Positions 1 to 10,331 of a stretch of 64,000 bases of DNA are shown in pieces. A program made the position numbers and the translations under genes. Location: positions 1 through 64,000 of the forward strand of contig JAYTOU010000032.1 in the NCBI GenBank assembly GCA_043747615.1, given 5' to 3'. The notes beneath the pieces are model-generated. The model saw only the letters and a program-made list of their open reading frames with translations. It ran no database searches and was not told where the DNA came from. The stretch is from Myxococcales bacterium. Lineage in GTDB: Bacteria > Myxococcota_A > Polyangia > Polyangiales > Polyangiaceae. The stretch's first letter is position 1, and every line of letters starts with the position of its first letter.

Positions 1-1082
1 GGTTTTGCGTCTTCGGCGGCGCGCGCGCGAATCGCTGCGGCCTCCACCTCTCCGAGGGTGCCTCCCCCCTCGCGTTCACGGGCGAGGCGTGCTTCGCGCT
101 CGGCGGCGAGGACTCTCCACATGGCGCGCTCGTCGCTCACGGCGAGGATAAGCCACACCCCCGCGCAGACGACCGAGAGCGCACGTAGCGGAGCATCGAA
201 CGCGCCGCGGCTAATGAGGGCGAGGGAGAGCGAGCTGGTGACCGACACCACCTGGTTCGGCTGCAGAAGTGCGATGAGCGCGAAGAAGATCGACGATGCC
301 ACCAGAAACGTGGCGATGGCGCTGAGTCCGTACGGCGGCGGTGTTCCCGGTGCATCGGCGAGAGCCGTGTGGAGCGCAGCCTGCCAGGGCTCGGCCCCCG
401 TATGGACCCCGCGTGCGGCACCCCAGGTGACCACGAACGCTGCGCCGAGAGCTAGCGACGACATGGCTTGCCCGAGGTAGCGCGTGCGCGTGGCGAGCCA
501 GGCAGCACCCGCGAGCTGCCCCACCGCTTCGAGGCCGACCCCTGCCGTTGCCACGCCTCGACTCCAACCGTAAAGGCGCGCGCTGGCATGCTCGCCGGCG
601 ATGACGGCAAGCTCCCATGCAAGGAGGCGCACGAGAGCAGCCGTCGAGAACGCGGCCAGGGCGACGGCGACGGCGCGCGTGTGAGGCGCACGGATCGCGC
701 TGCCTGAGGCGCTGAGGGCGACCAGGCTTGCGCCGACGGCGAGGATCACCGCGGGGCCAGCCGGCAGACGCCTGACGAGCGAAGGGATGACGAGGGCGAT
801 CACCACGCCCGCCCCAGAAATTGCAGCGATCCGGGCGGCGATGGGGATCCGCGTGCGCCATGCGAGGTCGTACGTCCCGCGCGAAGCGACGGCGATCAGC
901 AGACCGCACAGCGCATACGCGGAGATCGCCGCCGCGCGATCCCAGAGCACGACGACCGCCTCGGGCGCGTTGCCGCGAAGTCCGGGAGCGACGACCAAGC
1001 CGAGTGTTGCGGCCACCACCGCGGAGCACGCGGTGAGACGAAGTAGCCACGTGGAGCGAAGGGCCGTTTCGGAAGAAGTCAT
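1..1082 (-). CDS. Multi-pass membrane protein of unknown function (3' end runs off the window)
   Basis: ATG at 1082 gives MTSSETALRSTWLLRLTACSAVVAATLGLVV..., open to position 1 with many hydrophobic segments. It starts 27 bp after the TonB-like gene. Absent from the ORF track because it is truncated. Confidence 0.7.
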   Translation of the reverse strand, partial: MTSSETALRSTWLLRLTACSAVVAATLGLVVAPGLRGNAPEAVVVLWDRAAAISAYALCGLLIAVASRGTYDLAWRTRIPIAARIAAISGAGVVIALVIPSLVRRLPAGPAVILAVGASLVALSASGSAIRAPHTRAVAVALAAFSTAALVRLLAWELAVIAGEHASARLYGWSRGVATAGVGLEAVGQLAGAAWLATRTRYLGQAMSSLALGAAFVVTWGAARGVHTGAEPWQAALHTALADAPGTPPPYGLSAIATFLVASSIFFALIALLQPNQVVSVTSSLSLALISRGAFDAPLRALSVVCAGVWLILAVSDERAMWRVLAAEREARLAREREGGGTLGEVEAAAIRARAAEDAK

Positions 1083-1109
1083 GCTCACGAAACCGAGCAG
1101 GCTACTCGG

Positions 1110-2846
1110 TCAGCTCGAAGACAGGTAGCGCTCGCTGTGGGTCTGCACGCGGCCTTCGCGGACGTCGCCGGGGTGGTTCGCGGGGAGACCACGCTCTTTC
1201 GAAGGACTAGGCACGTTCGGTTGCGGCCCTGGATTGGGATCGACCGGCGGAGCAGTGGGCTGAACGTTCAGTAGGAACGGCCGCGCGAACATCGTCGAGC
1301 ACGCGGAGTTCTCTTCGCGGTGGAACTCCCAATGGAGGTAGACCTTGCCGTCCGACGATACGATGGCGCCGGGCGCCGACCCGAACGGCGACGCACGCTG
1401 CACGGAATCGAGCGCGGCAATGTCGAACGCCGTCACGCCGCTGGTCTTGACGATTCCCATCTTCACGAGGTGACCGTCTTTCGTGAGCACGATCTCGAGG
1501 CGGGTGATGAGCTTCTGATCGTTCATCGGATTCGACGGCGGAAGCCCACCGAGGGAGCCCAGAAAAGACTCGGCGAAGATCGGGTGGATGCGGTTGTGTA
1601 TCCCGTTCAAATACGTAGCGAAGGGCACGGCCGCGGTGTTGAGCGCGGTCTGGTTTCCCGGCTTCACCGTCGAGACGTAGTTCTCGATCGCGCTCCGCCA
1701 ACGCTCGAAATTCGATGCCGTCCACGAGCCACGATGCTCGCTCTTGCGTCGTTCGCCGTCGGCTTCTCGTTCCTTCTTGAACTCGGCCTGGCCGACGACG
1801 GCAACGACGCCCGTCTGGTTCAAATTCAAATTGATTTGCCCTGGTCCGGGGCGACCTCCGAGGCCGAGCCACTTGGTGGGCGATGGTCTCTGACCAGGGG
1901 TTTTCGGAGGGTCAGCCTGAGTCCCGGTGTTCGCCACTCCACCCGCTTGCGCGCCTCTCCGAATCGGATTGAACGTCCATGTGCCGTCCGCGGACGGGTT
2001 TACGTCGGGGTTCTCGGAGGCTGCCGACGGCTGCGGAAGCTGGGGGTTCGGGTTTTCCGACGGCGTCGGCGTTCGTCCATCGCCGCCAACGCGCGGAGGC
2101 TCGGCCGACGTAGGCGCTTGCACGGCGACAGCGCCCATCGGCTTGTCGGGCGGGGGATCGCGCTGCACCTGGAACTCCGTTCCCTTTTCACCGGGCGCTC
2201 GGTTCTTGTCGCCGGCGTGCTCTTCGCTCTCCGCGATCTTCGTGCGCTCGCTATCCCCCATGTTTTTAGAGGGACCGGCGTGATTTCCGCCCGGCGTGGG
2301 GTTCGGATCGTCCTGGTCGTGCGAGGTTTGCGTCGCCACCGTCTCTTCTTCGACGTGGTTCGCTTCATCACCGGCGAAGCGCGCGGTGGGGTTGTCTTCC
2401 TGGTTTTTTTGCGCGTGCTGACGAACTGCAATGCGCTTGTCCATCTGCGGTTGCTGGAGCGGAGCGGCTGGCTTCGTCTCCTCGACCTTCTTGGCGATGA
2501 GCGGAATCTTTTTCTCTTCCTTCGGCGGCTCCGGCGGCTTGTTCGGCGTGGGCGGCGGAGGCTCCTTCGGTTTTTCGGGCGCCTTGGTGGGGATCACCGG
2601 AGGGGGCGGAGGGACGACCTCGGCTTCCGCAGGCTTGTTGCCGGTGTCGATGGAGCCCACCTCGAACGTGGCCTCGCTCATTCGTACTTTCTCTTGAATG
2701 GAGACCCCGAGGTTCGCGAGCGCGCGGTGATCGTCGTGCACGACTGCACCGATCCATCCTCCAACGCCGCCAGCCAGGTGCGCGGTGACCGCCATCTGGA
2801 TCACGACGATCCATAGAACCAGCGGTGTCTTGTAATCGCGCTTCAT
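1110..2846 (-). CDS. TonB C-terminal domain protein (energy transducer TonB-like)
   Basis: N-terminal TM anchor, long Pro/Lys/Glu-rich linker, and C-terminal LEIVLTKDGHLVKMGIVKTSGVTAFDIAALDSVQRASPF, typical of TonB_C. Confidence 0.8.
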   Translation of the reverse strand: MKRDYKTPLVLWIVVIQMAVTAHLAGGVGGWIGAVVHDDHRALANLGVSIQEKVRMSEATFEVGSIDTGNKPAEAEVVPPPPPVIPTKAPEKPKEPPPPTPNKPPEPPKEEKKIPLIAKKVEETKPAAPLQQPQMDKRIAVRQHAQKNQEDNPTARFAGDEANHVEEETVATQTSHDQDDPNPTPGGNHAGPSKNMGDSERTKIAESEEHAGDKNRAPGEKGTEFQVQRDPPPDKPMGAVAVQAPTSAEPPRVGGDGRTPTPSENPNPQLPQPSAASENPDVNPSADGTWTFNPIRRGAQAGGVANTGTQADPPKTPGQRPSPTKWLGLGGRPGPGQINLNLNQTGVVAVVGQAEFKKEREADGERRKSEHRGSWTASNFERWRSAIENYVSTVKPGNQTALNTAAVPFATYLNGIHNRIHPIFAESFLGSLGGLPPSNPMNDQKLITRLEIVLTKDGHLVKMGIVKTSGVTAFDIAALDSVQRASPFGSAPGAIVSSDGKVYLHWEFHREENSACSTMFARPFLLNVQPTAPPVDPNPGPQPNVPSPSKERGLPANHPGDVREGRVQTHSERYLSSS

Positions 2847-3180
2847 TCGCTGAGGAAATCTCTGGGGTGCCCAGAACCTGAGCGAGAATGCTCACATTCC
2901 AAGGAGAAGGCCAACCAAGCGTAAAACCTCCGGCGCCCATGCGCCAGCCTGCCCACCGCATTGATGCAAGGGCTAGTCCGTGTTTGTTTCGATGGAGCGA
3001 TGGTCGCCGGCGATGTGAAACACACGAATCTCTGCGGTCCATCACGATCGAAGCTCACTCACCTACATCTACCCCGACGGTCGGCGGCCCAAACGCCGCA
3101 TCAGCGTCTTCATTTGCGCCACGCCTAACTTTTCCGCACCAATGCGGCAGCGGCGGTCGTGGTAGACCCTTCCAGCTCTC

Positions 3181-4218
3181 ATGCCGGCTTTCGAGATCCG
3201 CGGCGCGCTGCCCTCCGACGAAGACCAGCTGCTTCAGGTGGCGCACCACCTGAACACCGTGAACCTCCCGGACGACCGCGACTCCATCCAGCAGATCTTG
3301 GATCAATCGTCGAAGAGCTTTCTTGGTGCCATAAAAGATCCGAAGCGCCGGGAGTTCGTGTTCGTCCTGGTCGACTGCGAGAAGCAGCAGCTGATTGGCA
3401 CCTCGATGGTGATCTCCCAACTCGGGCGCCGGGATGCACCCTACATCTATCTCGACGTCACCGACGAGGAGCGCTACTCGGCGACGCTCGATCGGCACTT
3501 CAAGCACACCGCTCTTTCGATCGGCTACTCGTACAACGGACCGACGGAGATCGGCGGGCTCATCCTCCTGCCCGAATACCGCCGCGTTCCCGAGCGCCTG
3601 GGGCAGGCGATTTCGTACGTGCGCTTTCTCTTCATCAAGATGCATCGCGAGGTCTTCCGCGACGAAGTGCTCGCCGAGCTTCTTCCGCCGCTCGAAAAAG
3701 ACGGCACGTCTCACCTGTGGGACGCGCTCGGAAGGCACTTCACGAATCTCACGTACGCCGAAGCCGATCTCCTCTCGAAGAAGAACAAAGAGTTCATTCG
3801 CGGCCTCTTTCCGGAGGGGACCATCTACGCGTCCCTCTTGCCGCAGTTGGCGCAGGACGTGATCGGCAAAGTGGGCGCGCAAACCCGAGGGGTCGAGAAG
3901 ATGCTTCGCCGCATCGGATTTCGCTACGCCGAGCGCGTGGATCCCTTCGATGGCGGTCCGCATTTCACCGCACCGACCGATGAGATCACCCTCGTGCAGC
4001 GCGCTCACAAGGGAAAGATCGCGCGGTTTTTACCGCTTCAATCGCCGATCAAGCAGCGCTCGCTCATTGGCCTCGAGCTCGCGATGGCACCGTTCTTTCG
4101 CGCCGTCCTCGGCACGTGGATCGATGATCGAACCGGCACGGGCGCCATCGCCGAAGACGTCGCGGAGCACCTGGGGGTGAAGCGCGGAGACGAAGTGTGG
4201 GTACTGCCACTCGACTAA
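3181..4218 (+). CDS. astA: Arginine N-succinyltransferase (AstA family)
   Basis: NLPDDR, TEIGGLILLPEYR, VLAELLPP...SHLWDALGRHF, IGKVGAQT and VDPFDGGPH motifs match AstA. Confidence 0.85.
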   Translation: MPAFEIRGALPSDEDQLLQVAHHLNTVNLPDDRDSIQQILDQSSKSFLGAIKDPKRREFVFVLVDCEKQQLIGTSMVISQLGRRDAPYIYLDVTDEERYSATLDRHFKHTALSIGYSYNGPTEIGGLILLPEYRRVPERLGQAISYVRFLFIKMHREVFRDEVLAELLPPLEKDGTSHLWDALGRHFTNLTYAEADLLSKKNKEFIRGLFPEGTIYASLLPQLAQDVIGKVGAQTRGVEKMLRRIGFRYAERVDPFDGGPHFTAPTDEITLVQRAHKGKIARFLPLQSPIKQRSLIGLELAMAPFFRAVLGTWIDDRTGTGAIAEDVAEHLGVKRGDEVWVLPLD

Positions 4219-5147
4219 AGAGAACCAAGCCTCGCGCGGCCGACGTAAGCCTCGAAGCGATCGAAGTGCACACCGAAGATGGCCACGCGCTTCGGGCCTA
4301 CGTGCGCGAGCCGAGCGGCAAGTGCGTCGGGGTCGCCGTGCTTGCGCACGCTATGTTCGCGCGAAGCAGCGAGTTCGAACGACCGCACGGCCGCGGGCTC
4401 GCCCAATTTCTGGCCGAGCAGGGATGGCGCACGGTGGCCTTCGATTTCCGCGGTCACGGAGAAAGCGGACCGCGCGCTTCGAACGGCGGACGCTGGAGCT
4501 ACGACGATCTCGTCTACCGCGATTTGCCGTGCGTCGTGGCCTGCGCGCGCGCCCGAAAGAAGCGCGGAGAGCCCGTGGTGGTGATCGGTCATTCGCTCGG
4601 CGGTCACGTGGCGATGGCCGCGCAAGGGATCGGCATTCTCGATGCAGACGCCGTGGTGGGCGTCGCGGCAAACGTGTGGTTGCCGCACATGGAACCTTCG
4701 TTTCTGCGTTGGCAAGCGAAGCGAGCGGCCTTGCGAGCGATGTCCGCCGTCACGAAGAGCCGCGGGTTTTTCCCGGCGCGCGCGCTCCGCTTGGGCAGCG
4801 ACGACGAAGCGGAGCCTTACGTCGACGCGCTCGCGCGCTGGGTCAACGAAGGCCGCTGGACGAGCGCGGATGGCCGCGACGACTTCGAGAAATCACTCGC
4901 CCAGATCACGGTGCCCGTGCTCAGCATCGCGAGCGTCGCCGATCGCTTGAACTGCCATCCCGTGTCCGCCGAGCGGATGCTCTCGCGCTGCGGCGGACGG
5001 CGGGAATTTCATTTGATCACCCACGGCGACGAAGGCGCTCCTGCCCCCGGCCACATGGAGCTCGTGACCGGGGCGCACTCCCGCCGGGTGTGGAGCGGGA
5101 TCGCTCGGTTTTTGCAGGGGATAGCTCTTTCATCGTCTCCACGATGA
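4197..5147 (+). CDS. Alpha/beta-fold hydrolase
   Basis: FDFRGHGES, nucleophile elbow GHSLGG and C-terminal GHMEL. Overlaps the astA stop; start uncertain. Confidence 0.8.
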   Translation: MGTATRLKRTKPRAADVSLEAIEVHTEDGHALRAYVREPSGKCVGVAVLAHAMFARSSEFERPHGRGLAQFLAEQGWRTVAFDFRGHGESGPRASNGGRWSYDDLVYRDLPCVVACARARKKRGEPVVVIGHSLGGHVAMAAQGIGILDADAVVGVAANVWLPHMEPSFLRWQAKRAALRAMSAVTKSRGFFPARALRLGSDDEAEPYVDALARWVNEGRWTSADGRDDFEKSLAQITVPVLSIASVADRLNCHPVSAERMLSRCGGRREFHLITHGDEGAPAPGHMELVTGAHSRRVWSGIARFLQGIALSSSPR

Positions 5148-5259
5148 GGTCTCGGAAGGTGCTGACTTTGCGAGCGAGCGGACCCTTCGAAGGAAAGGGA
5201 CGCTGCTCTGATCGGCCCGGCTTGCGCGAGCGTCATTCTGCGTTTACAGAATATTCAGA

Positions 5260-7167
5260 ATGTTGCGTCTCACCCCTCGCGAGGAGAAGATCGTCTTTGC
5301 GCTCGCAGCAGCCGCCATTCCTCCGGGTAATTTCCTCCCTGCCGGCGGTGCGATCACCGTAGAGCGCCTGCGCGCGTGGCTCGCGGGAGCACCCTCGCTT
5401 CAACTGCGAGGGATCCGCAGCCTGCTCTGGATGGCAGAAGCATCGTCGACGCTTTCCACTGGCCGGCCGTTTTCGAAGCTCCCGACGGATCGTGCGCGGC
5501 GCTTCCTCGAGGAGTGGCAGGCTTCGCGCTCTCACCTGAAACGCACCCTCCTGCGCACCATCCTCACGCCGATCAAGGCGGCGCACTTCGACGATCCGAA
5601 GCTCTTCGCGCACGTCGGCTGCGGGCACCGCGGCGACGAGAAAAAAGTTCGGGTCGACGAGGCCGCGCGCTGGATGGAGCAGGTGGTAAACGGCAAGACG
5701 ACGGACGAAGACCTCTCGCTCGAGTGCGAGGTGGTGGTGGTGGGAACGGGAGCCGGTGGTGCGGCGTGCGCCTACGAGCTCGCGTCGCGCGGGCGTGCGG
5801 TGCTCCTCATCGAAGAGGGCGAGTACCACCGGCGGAGCTCCTTCACCGCCCACGCGACGGACATGTCGCGGAAGCTCTATCGCAACCACGGGCTCACGAT
5901 CGCCCTTGGAAACGTGGGGATTCCAGTGTGGGCCGGCCGCGCCGTCGGGGGAAGTACGGTCATCAACTCGGGTACGTGTTACCGCACTTCCGAGCGAATT
6001 TTCCGGCGGTGGCGCGAAGAGCATGGGCTCACCTGGTTCTCGAGCTCGTCGATGGATCCCTACTACCGGCGCGTCGAGAGCATGCTCCAAGTGACGCAGG
6101 CGAAGCGCGAGCTCACGGGGGGAATCGGGCGCGTCGTGTCGCGTGGCGCCGACGCACTGGGGTTGAAGAATCAGCCGCTGATGCGCAACGCTCCCGACTG
6201 CGACGGCCAGGGCGTGTGCTGCTTCGGCTGTCCCACCGGCGCAAAACGCTCGACCGACGTGAGCTACGTCCCCGAAGCGCTGAAGCGCGGCGCGCAGCTC
6301 GTCACGTCCGCGAAGGTCGAAGCGATCGACGTCATCTCCGGCCGTGCGAGGGGCGTGCGTGGTCGTCTCGGCTCGGGACGGACCTTCACCGTGAAGGCCG
6401 AGTGCGTGGTCATCGCGGGCGGCGCGCTCTTGACCCCGGTGCTCCTCAATCGTGCGGGGGTCTGCAAAAACAGCGCTTTTTTGGGCAAAAACCTGTCGAT
6501 TCATCCGGCAGCCAAGGTGATGGCTACCTTCGACGAGACGATCGACATGGCAAAGGCCATCCCTCAAGGGCACACCATCGATCACTTCGCAGAGGAAGGG
6601 ATCTTGTTCGAAGGAGCGTCGATGCCGGTCGACGTGACCGCGATCTCCGTGCCCTGGGTAGGCCAACGATTCACGGACTTGATGGAGGGCTACCGCAACA
6701 TGGCCACCTTCGGCTTCATGATCGAGGACACCTCGCGCGGCGCAGTGCGCCCGGGTCGGGGGGACATGCCGCTCGTGACCTACAACATGAACGACGTCGA
6801 TCTCCAGAAGATGGGAACCGGCCTCGCCACGCTATGCGAGGTGTTCTTCGCGGCTGGCGCAAAGCGGGTGGCACCGATGGTCGCTGGGCTCGAGGAGATT
6901 TCCTCGGTCCGCGATCTCGCTCGTTTGCGCGGGGGCCGCCTTCGCCCCGGAGATTTCGAGGTGACCGCGTTTCATCCGCTCGGCACCTGCCGCATCGGCA
7001 CCGACCCGAAGACGAGCGTGCTCGGGCCCGATCACGAAGCGCACGAGGTAGAGCGCCTTTACGTAACCGACGGAAGCGCGATGCCGTCGGCGCTCGGCGT
7101 GAATCCGCAGATGACGATCATGGCGATGGCCCTACGCGCGGCAGAGATCATCGACCAGCGAATCTAG
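5260..7167 (+). CDS. GMC-family FAD oxidoreductase
   Basis: VVVGTGAGG, GRAVGGSTVINSG, HPLGTCRIG and GVNPQMTIMAMA motifs. Confidence 0.9.
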   Translation: MLRLTPREEKIVFALAAAAIPPGNFLPAGGAITVERLRAWLAGAPSLQLRGIRSLLWMAEASSTLSTGRPFSKLPTDRARRFLEEWQASRSHLKRTLLRTILTPIKAAHFDDPKLFAHVGCGHRGDEKKVRVDEAARWMEQVVNGKTTDEDLSLECEVVVVGTGAGGAACAYELASRGRAVLLIEEGEYHRRSSFTAHATDMSRKLYRNHGLTIALGNVGIPVWAGRAVGGSTVINSGTCYRTSERIFRRWREEHGLTWFSSSSMDPYYRRVESMLQVTQAKRELTGGIGRVVSRGADALGLKNQPLMRNAPDCDGQGVCCFGCPTGAKRSTDVSYVPEALKRGAQLVTSAKVEAIDVISGRARGVRGRLGSGRTFTVKAECVVIAGGALLTPVLLNRAGVCKNSAFLGKNLSIHPAAKVMATFDETIDMAKAIPQGHTIDHFAEEGILFEGASMPVDVTAISVPWVGQRFTDLMEGYRNMATFGFMIEDTSRGAVRPGRGDMPLVTYNMNDVDLQKMGTGLATLCEVFFAAGAKRVAPMVAGLEEISSVRDLARLRGGRLRPGDFEVTAFHPLGTCRIGTDPKTSVLGPDHEAHEVERLYVTDGSAMPSALGVNPQMTIMAMALRAAEIIDQRI

Positions 7168-7193
7168 TACGGAGACTCAGCGAGTGCGGGGCC

Positions 7194-8627
7194 TCAGCAC
7201 TGTCGATGCCCGGTCGTCGGAAATATCTTCCCGGGATTGAGCAGCTCTTTTGGGTCGAAGACGCGCTTGATGTCGCGCTGAAGGGCAATGAGCTCGCTCG
7301 ACTGTTCGAGCGGCAAATAGACCGCTTTCGAAACTCCGATGCCGTGCTCACCGCTCAGTGTTCCGCCGAGCTCGATCGTGGCCACCATCAAGCGGTGGAT
7401 TGCGTCGTCCACCTGCGGGCGCTCGCTCACGTCGTTCCACAGGAAGTTCACGTGAAAATTGCCATCGCCCGCGTGGCCGTACGTGAGGTGGCGAACGCCG
7501 GTCTTCTCTCCGATCTCGTCGACGCGCCGAAGGAGCTCGCTGATCTGCGAGCGCGGCACGACCACGTCCTCTGAAAGCTTGTACTTTGCAAGCTTTCGCG
7601 TGGCCGGGGAGAGTGCCCGGCGGGCTTCCCATAGGCGCGCGCGCTGCGAGGCGTCTTGAGCGACCACGAGATCCACCAGGCCTTTTGCGCTGCTGAGGAG
7701 CTCGCCCAGACGCTCGAGCGACGCTTCGACGCCATGCGCTTCACCGTCCACCTCGATGAGCAGCATGGCTTCGGCCCGCGGATCGATGCTGACCTTCTCG
7801 CTGCGGACGGCGTCGAGCGTGGCCCGGTCGAGGAGCTCCAGGCACCTTGGAATCAAGCCGTTTTCGATGATGATGCTCACCGCTGCCCCCGCGCGGTGCA
7901 CGTCGTCGAAGAGCGCAAGCACGGTGGCGATCTCATGCGGCTTGGGGATCAGGCGAAGGGTCACCTCGCTGAACACCCCGAGCGTTCCCTCGCTTCCAAC
8001 GAGGAGCGCGGTCACGTCGTAGCCCGTCACGCCCTTCACCGTTCGCCTGCCGCTGCGCACGACGCGGCCCCCCATGAGGCAGGTCTCGAGCCCGAGCACG
8101 TACTCGCGGGTCACTCCGTATTTGAATGCGCGGGGGCCGCCAGCGTTCTCGGCGACGTTGCCGCCGATCATGCACGACTTCCACGAATTCGGATCGGGGG
8201 GGTAAAAAAGACCCTCGTTTTCCGCGGCGGCGTGCATGTCGCCGGTGATGACGCCGGGCTCGACGATGGCGATGAGATCAGCTTTACGGATCTCCTTGAT
8301 GCGCGAGAGGGCCGCGGTGGAGAGCAGGATGCCGCCGGCGACAGGCACCGCTCCACCCGTGCGACCTGTCCCTCCGGCGCGAGGGGTTACCGGAACGCCG
8401 CAGCGCTCGGCGATCTCGAGGGTGGCCTGAATGTCCTCACGCGATTGGGCGAAGACCACGACGTCGGGGGTCCGTCCGATGGCCTCGCTCTCGTCACGCG
8501 CGTAGGCGAGGCGTGTTTCTTCGGCGTCCGAGACCTTCGACGGACCGAGCCGACGATCAAGCTCGATTTTGGCAAGCTCCACCGCAGCGGGCGCGGGCAA
8601 CGGACAATTAGGGGAGTGGATCAGCAC
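7194..8627 (-). CDS. FAD-linked oxidase, glycolate oxidase GlcD / D-lactate dehydrogenase family
   Basis: PRAGGTG, IGGNVAENAGG, KYGVTREYVLGL, GHAGDGNFH, SGEHGIG and LLNPGK motifs. Confidence 0.9.
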   Translation of the reverse strand: MLIHSPNCPLPAPAAVELAKIELDRRLGPSKVSDAEETRLAYARDESEAIGRTPDVVVFAQSREDIQATLEIAERCGVPVTPRAGGTGRTGGAVPVAGGILLSTAALSRIKEIRKADLIAIVEPGVITGDMHAAAENEGLFYPPDPNSWKSCMIGGNVAENAGGPRAFKYGVTREYVLGLETCLMGGRVVRSGRRTVKGVTGYDVTALLVGSEGTLGVFSEVTLRLIPKPHEIATVLALFDDVHRAGAAVSIIIENGLIPRCLELLDRATLDAVRSEKVSIDPRAEAMLLIEVDGEAHGVEASLERLGELLSSAKGLVDLVVAQDASQRARLWEARRALSPATRKLAKYKLSEDVVVPRSQISELLRRVDEIGEKTGVRHLTYGHAGDGNFHVNFLWNDVSERPQVDDAIHRLMVATIELGGTLSGEHGIGVSKAVYLPLEQSSELIALQRDIKRVFDPKELLNPGKIFPTTGHRQC

Positions 8628-8686
8628 TCGGGTAAGGTAGCGCGGTCACCGCAAAACGGTAACGAACGAGCATAAAGAGGCCCACC

Positions 8687-9454
8687 ATGACCGGATCTAT
8701 CGCGCGACTTCAGACAACGCTTGCCACCCTAGCGCTCGGTGCGCTTCTTCTCCTCGCGCCGCGTACCGCGCATGCGCAGCGAACCCTCCTGACGCCCACC
8801 GGCGGCAAGGGCACGCTCGCGATCGACAACATCACCGGTCTTCGGGTCAACGCTTTCAGCGGCGTCTCCTACGCCGGGCCCCTCGGGATCAGCACCAGCC
8901 GCTACAGCCAAGACGGCCTGACCGCGGGCGATCCCAACCAGACGGTTCATCAGACGACCATCTGGCTTGCCCCGGCGGCCGACTACTTCGTCATCGATCA
9001 TCTCTCCATCGGCGGCTTCGTCGAGATCGCGTCCTTGAGCGGCTCGGTGGACACCCAGACCATCGGAACCGGCACCGTCAACAACGACCTCCCGACGACG
9101 ACGAACTTCACGCTCCTGCCGCGCATCGGCTACCTCATCCCCATCGGTGACAGGTTCGCGATCTGGCCGCGCGGCGGAATCGGCTACGCCTACCGGGGAA
9201 CCTCCAGCCTGACGGGGGCCGGTCGAGGAGCGGTGGTCGCGAACAAGGACTCTTACTCCGCGCTGGTCCTCGACCTGAACGTCGACTTCCTCTTTCGGAT
9301 CAACGAAACGTTTTTTCTCGTGGCCGCCCCGGACCTCGGCGCTTCTCTCGGCGGCTCGCACACGAACATGCAGGGCGGCGTGCAGCGCTCGTCCAACGCG
9401 AACATCCTACAATTCAGCGTCCTCACGGGCCTCGGAATCTTCTTCGATCTGTGA
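8687..9454 (+). CDS. Putative outer-membrane beta-barrel protein
   Basis: Signal peptide ending AHA-Q, amphipathic beta-strands, aromatic C-terminus (GLGIFFDL). Confidence 0.65.
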   Translation: MTGSIARLQTTLATLALGALLLLAPRTAHAQRTLLTPTGGKGTLAIDNITGLRVNAFSGVSYAGPLGISTSRYSQDGLTAGDPNQTVHQTTIWLAPAADYFVIDHLSIGGFVEIASLSGSVDTQTIGTGTVNNDLPTTTNFTLLPRIGYLIPIGDRFAIWPRGGIGYAYRGTSSLTGAGRGAVVANKDSYSALVLDLNVDFLFRINETFFLVAAPDLGASLGGSHTNMQGGVQRSSNANILQFSVLTGLGIFFDL

Positions 9455-9483
9455 TCCGCGGCCTTCCCTGCTAGAACTTCGGC

Positions 9484-10323
9484 GTGACTGAAGCAGCCTT
9501 TCGTCGGTTCAACGGGACCCCTAGCTACCTCACCAACGACGCCCTCGAGGCGGCCGTAAATTGTGCGCTCGCCCTGGAACGACCGCTCCTCGTAAAGGGA
9601 GAGCCGGGCACGGGAAAGACACTCCTTGCGCAGGCGATCGCGGAGAGCCTCGAGGTTCCCCTCATCCACTGGCCGGTGAAATCGACGACCCGCGCTCAAG
9701 ACGGACTCTACCTCTACGACACCGTGCAACGCTTGTATGATGCACGCTTCGGCGACGGAGACGTCAAGAACATCCGCCACTACATCAAGATGGGACCGCT
9801 CGGGCGCGCGTTTCAAAGCCCCGCGCGTCTGGTGATCTTGATCGACGAGGTCGACAAAGCGGACATCGAGTTCCCGAACGATCTCCTCCACGAGCTCGAT
9901 CGCATGCGCTTCATCGTGGGCGAGACCGGCGACGAAGTGGTCGCGAAACAGCGCCCCGTCGTCATCATCACCTCGAACAACGAGAAAGAGCTGCCGGACG
10001 CGTTCCTTCGGCGCTGCGTTTTTCACTTCATCGATTTCCCCGACGTGGAGCTGATGAAGCGCATCGTGAAGGTGCATCATCCCAAGATCGACGACGCCCT
10101 CATCGATCAAGCGGTCGTCGCGTTCTACGAGCTGCGGGAAATGCCGCGCCTCCGCAAGCGCCCGTCTACGAGCGAGCTGGTCGACTGGATCACCGTGCTC
10201 AAGCAGGCCGGCCTCGGCAAGGAGCGCTTCGTCAAGGAGCTCCCCTTCCTCGGCGTGCTCCTAAAAAAAGAGCAAGACGTCGAGCTCCTCAAAGCCACGA
10301 AAAAAGGCGGCTGGCGCTCGTAG
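9484..10323 (+). CDS. MoxR-family AAA+ ATPase
   Basis: Walker A GEPGTGKT, LIDEVDKAD, FPNDLLHELD and SNNEKELPDAFLRRC. Confidence 0.9.
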   Translation: MTEAAFRRFNGTPSYLTNDALEAAVNCALALERPLLVKGEPGTGKTLLAQAIAESLEVPLIHWPVKSTTRAQDGLYLYDTVQRLYDARFGDGDVKNIRHYIKMGPLGRAFQSPARLVILIDEVDKADIEFPNDLLHELDRMRFIVGETGDEVVAKQRPVVIITSNNEKELPDAFLRRCVFHFIDFPDVELMKRIVKVHHPKIDDALIDQAVVAFYELREMPRLRKRPSTSELVDWITVLKQAGLGKERFVKELPFLGVLLKKEQDVELLKATKKGGWRS

Positions 10324-10331
10324 ATCGGTGT

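Noticed and set aside
2847..3180. 334-bp intergenic region as a riboswitch or sRNA
   Set aside because: Only weak pairing and no recognisable motif; consistent with divergent promoters.
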